Shown: positions 19,663-20,000 of the stretch, piece after piece
Numbering within the stretch: position 1 is the stretch's first letter
How the letters are laid out: each line of letters begins with the position of its first letter
DNA from: Chiloscyllium plagiosum
Lineage: Eukaryota
Direction: 5' to 3'
DNA length: 20,000 nt
NCBI RefSeq assembly: GCF_004010195.1
Contig: NC_057718.1
Span: forward strand, 52,868,508-52,888,507
The notes under the pieces: generated by a model
What the model was told of the DNA's origin: nothing
The model's database searches: none
The model's input: only the letters and a program-made list of their open reading frames with translations
Translations under genes and position numbers: made by a program

Positions 19663-20000
19663 GTCAGGCAGGGAGGAAGCTGTAGAGCGTGGGAGCCGTG
19701 GTTTACGAAGAAAGTCGAATCTCTGGCTAAGAGGAAGAAGAAGGCTTATGTTAGGATGAGATGTGAAGGCTCAGTTAGGGCACTTGAGGGTTACATGGTA
19801 GCCAGGAAAGACCTAAAGAGAGAGCTCAGGAGAGCCAGGAGGAGATATGAGAAGTTGTTGGCGGATAGGATCAGGGTAAACCCTAAGGCTTTCTATAGGT
19901 ATTTAAGGAATAAAAGAATGACAAGAATAAGATTAGGGCCAATCAAGGATAGTAGTGGGAAGTTGTGTGTAGAGTCAGAGGAGATAGGGGAAGCACTAAA

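Larger units (their letters stand above)
18167..20000 (+). mobile_element. CR1 LINE (same subfamily as 6877-10232), 5'-truncated in ORF1, running off the window's right edge
   Basis: PVAIPFNNKYTILDTVGG, then the esterase (ORF1 stop at 18806-18808). ORF2 starts at 18925 with LKCDYFNARSIQNK, followed by VVMGDFYFPNIDW and GDSDHNSV. Nucleotide similarity to 6877-8560 is high throughout. Confidence 0.96.

Noticed and set aside
1..20000. CRISPR array, tRNA or rRNA genes
   Set aside because: No regularly spaced repeats or intact structural RNA genes were seen. The only tRNA-like trace is the decayed SINE head near 13760.

Overview
This is eukaryotic, repeat-rich, non-coding DNA. Roughly half or more of it is decayed retroelements, and no intact protein-coding gene can be supported. 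It contains seven CR1-clade LINE pieces, three of which carry the SGNH/GDSL-esterase ORF1 (all broken by stops, frameshifts or deletions). It also holds an L2 RT scrap, a DeuSINE-type SINE, a Penelope-like GIY-YIG 3' end whose terminal region shows CCAAT/TATA boxes and a decayed minimal hammerhead ribozyme, a second hammerhead-type Penelope tail nested inside a CR1, and a possible Harbinger remnant. This repeat mix points to a cartilaginous fish (shark) intron or intergenic region (inference from recalled repeat families, not a database result). I see no convincing new biological system. The best leads are the two hammerhead relics, a 48-bp insert with a perfect 15-bp target-site duplication, a CR1 ORF1-to-RT internal deletion, a CR1 inserted at another CR1's tail, and a few weak minus-strand host-exon candidates.
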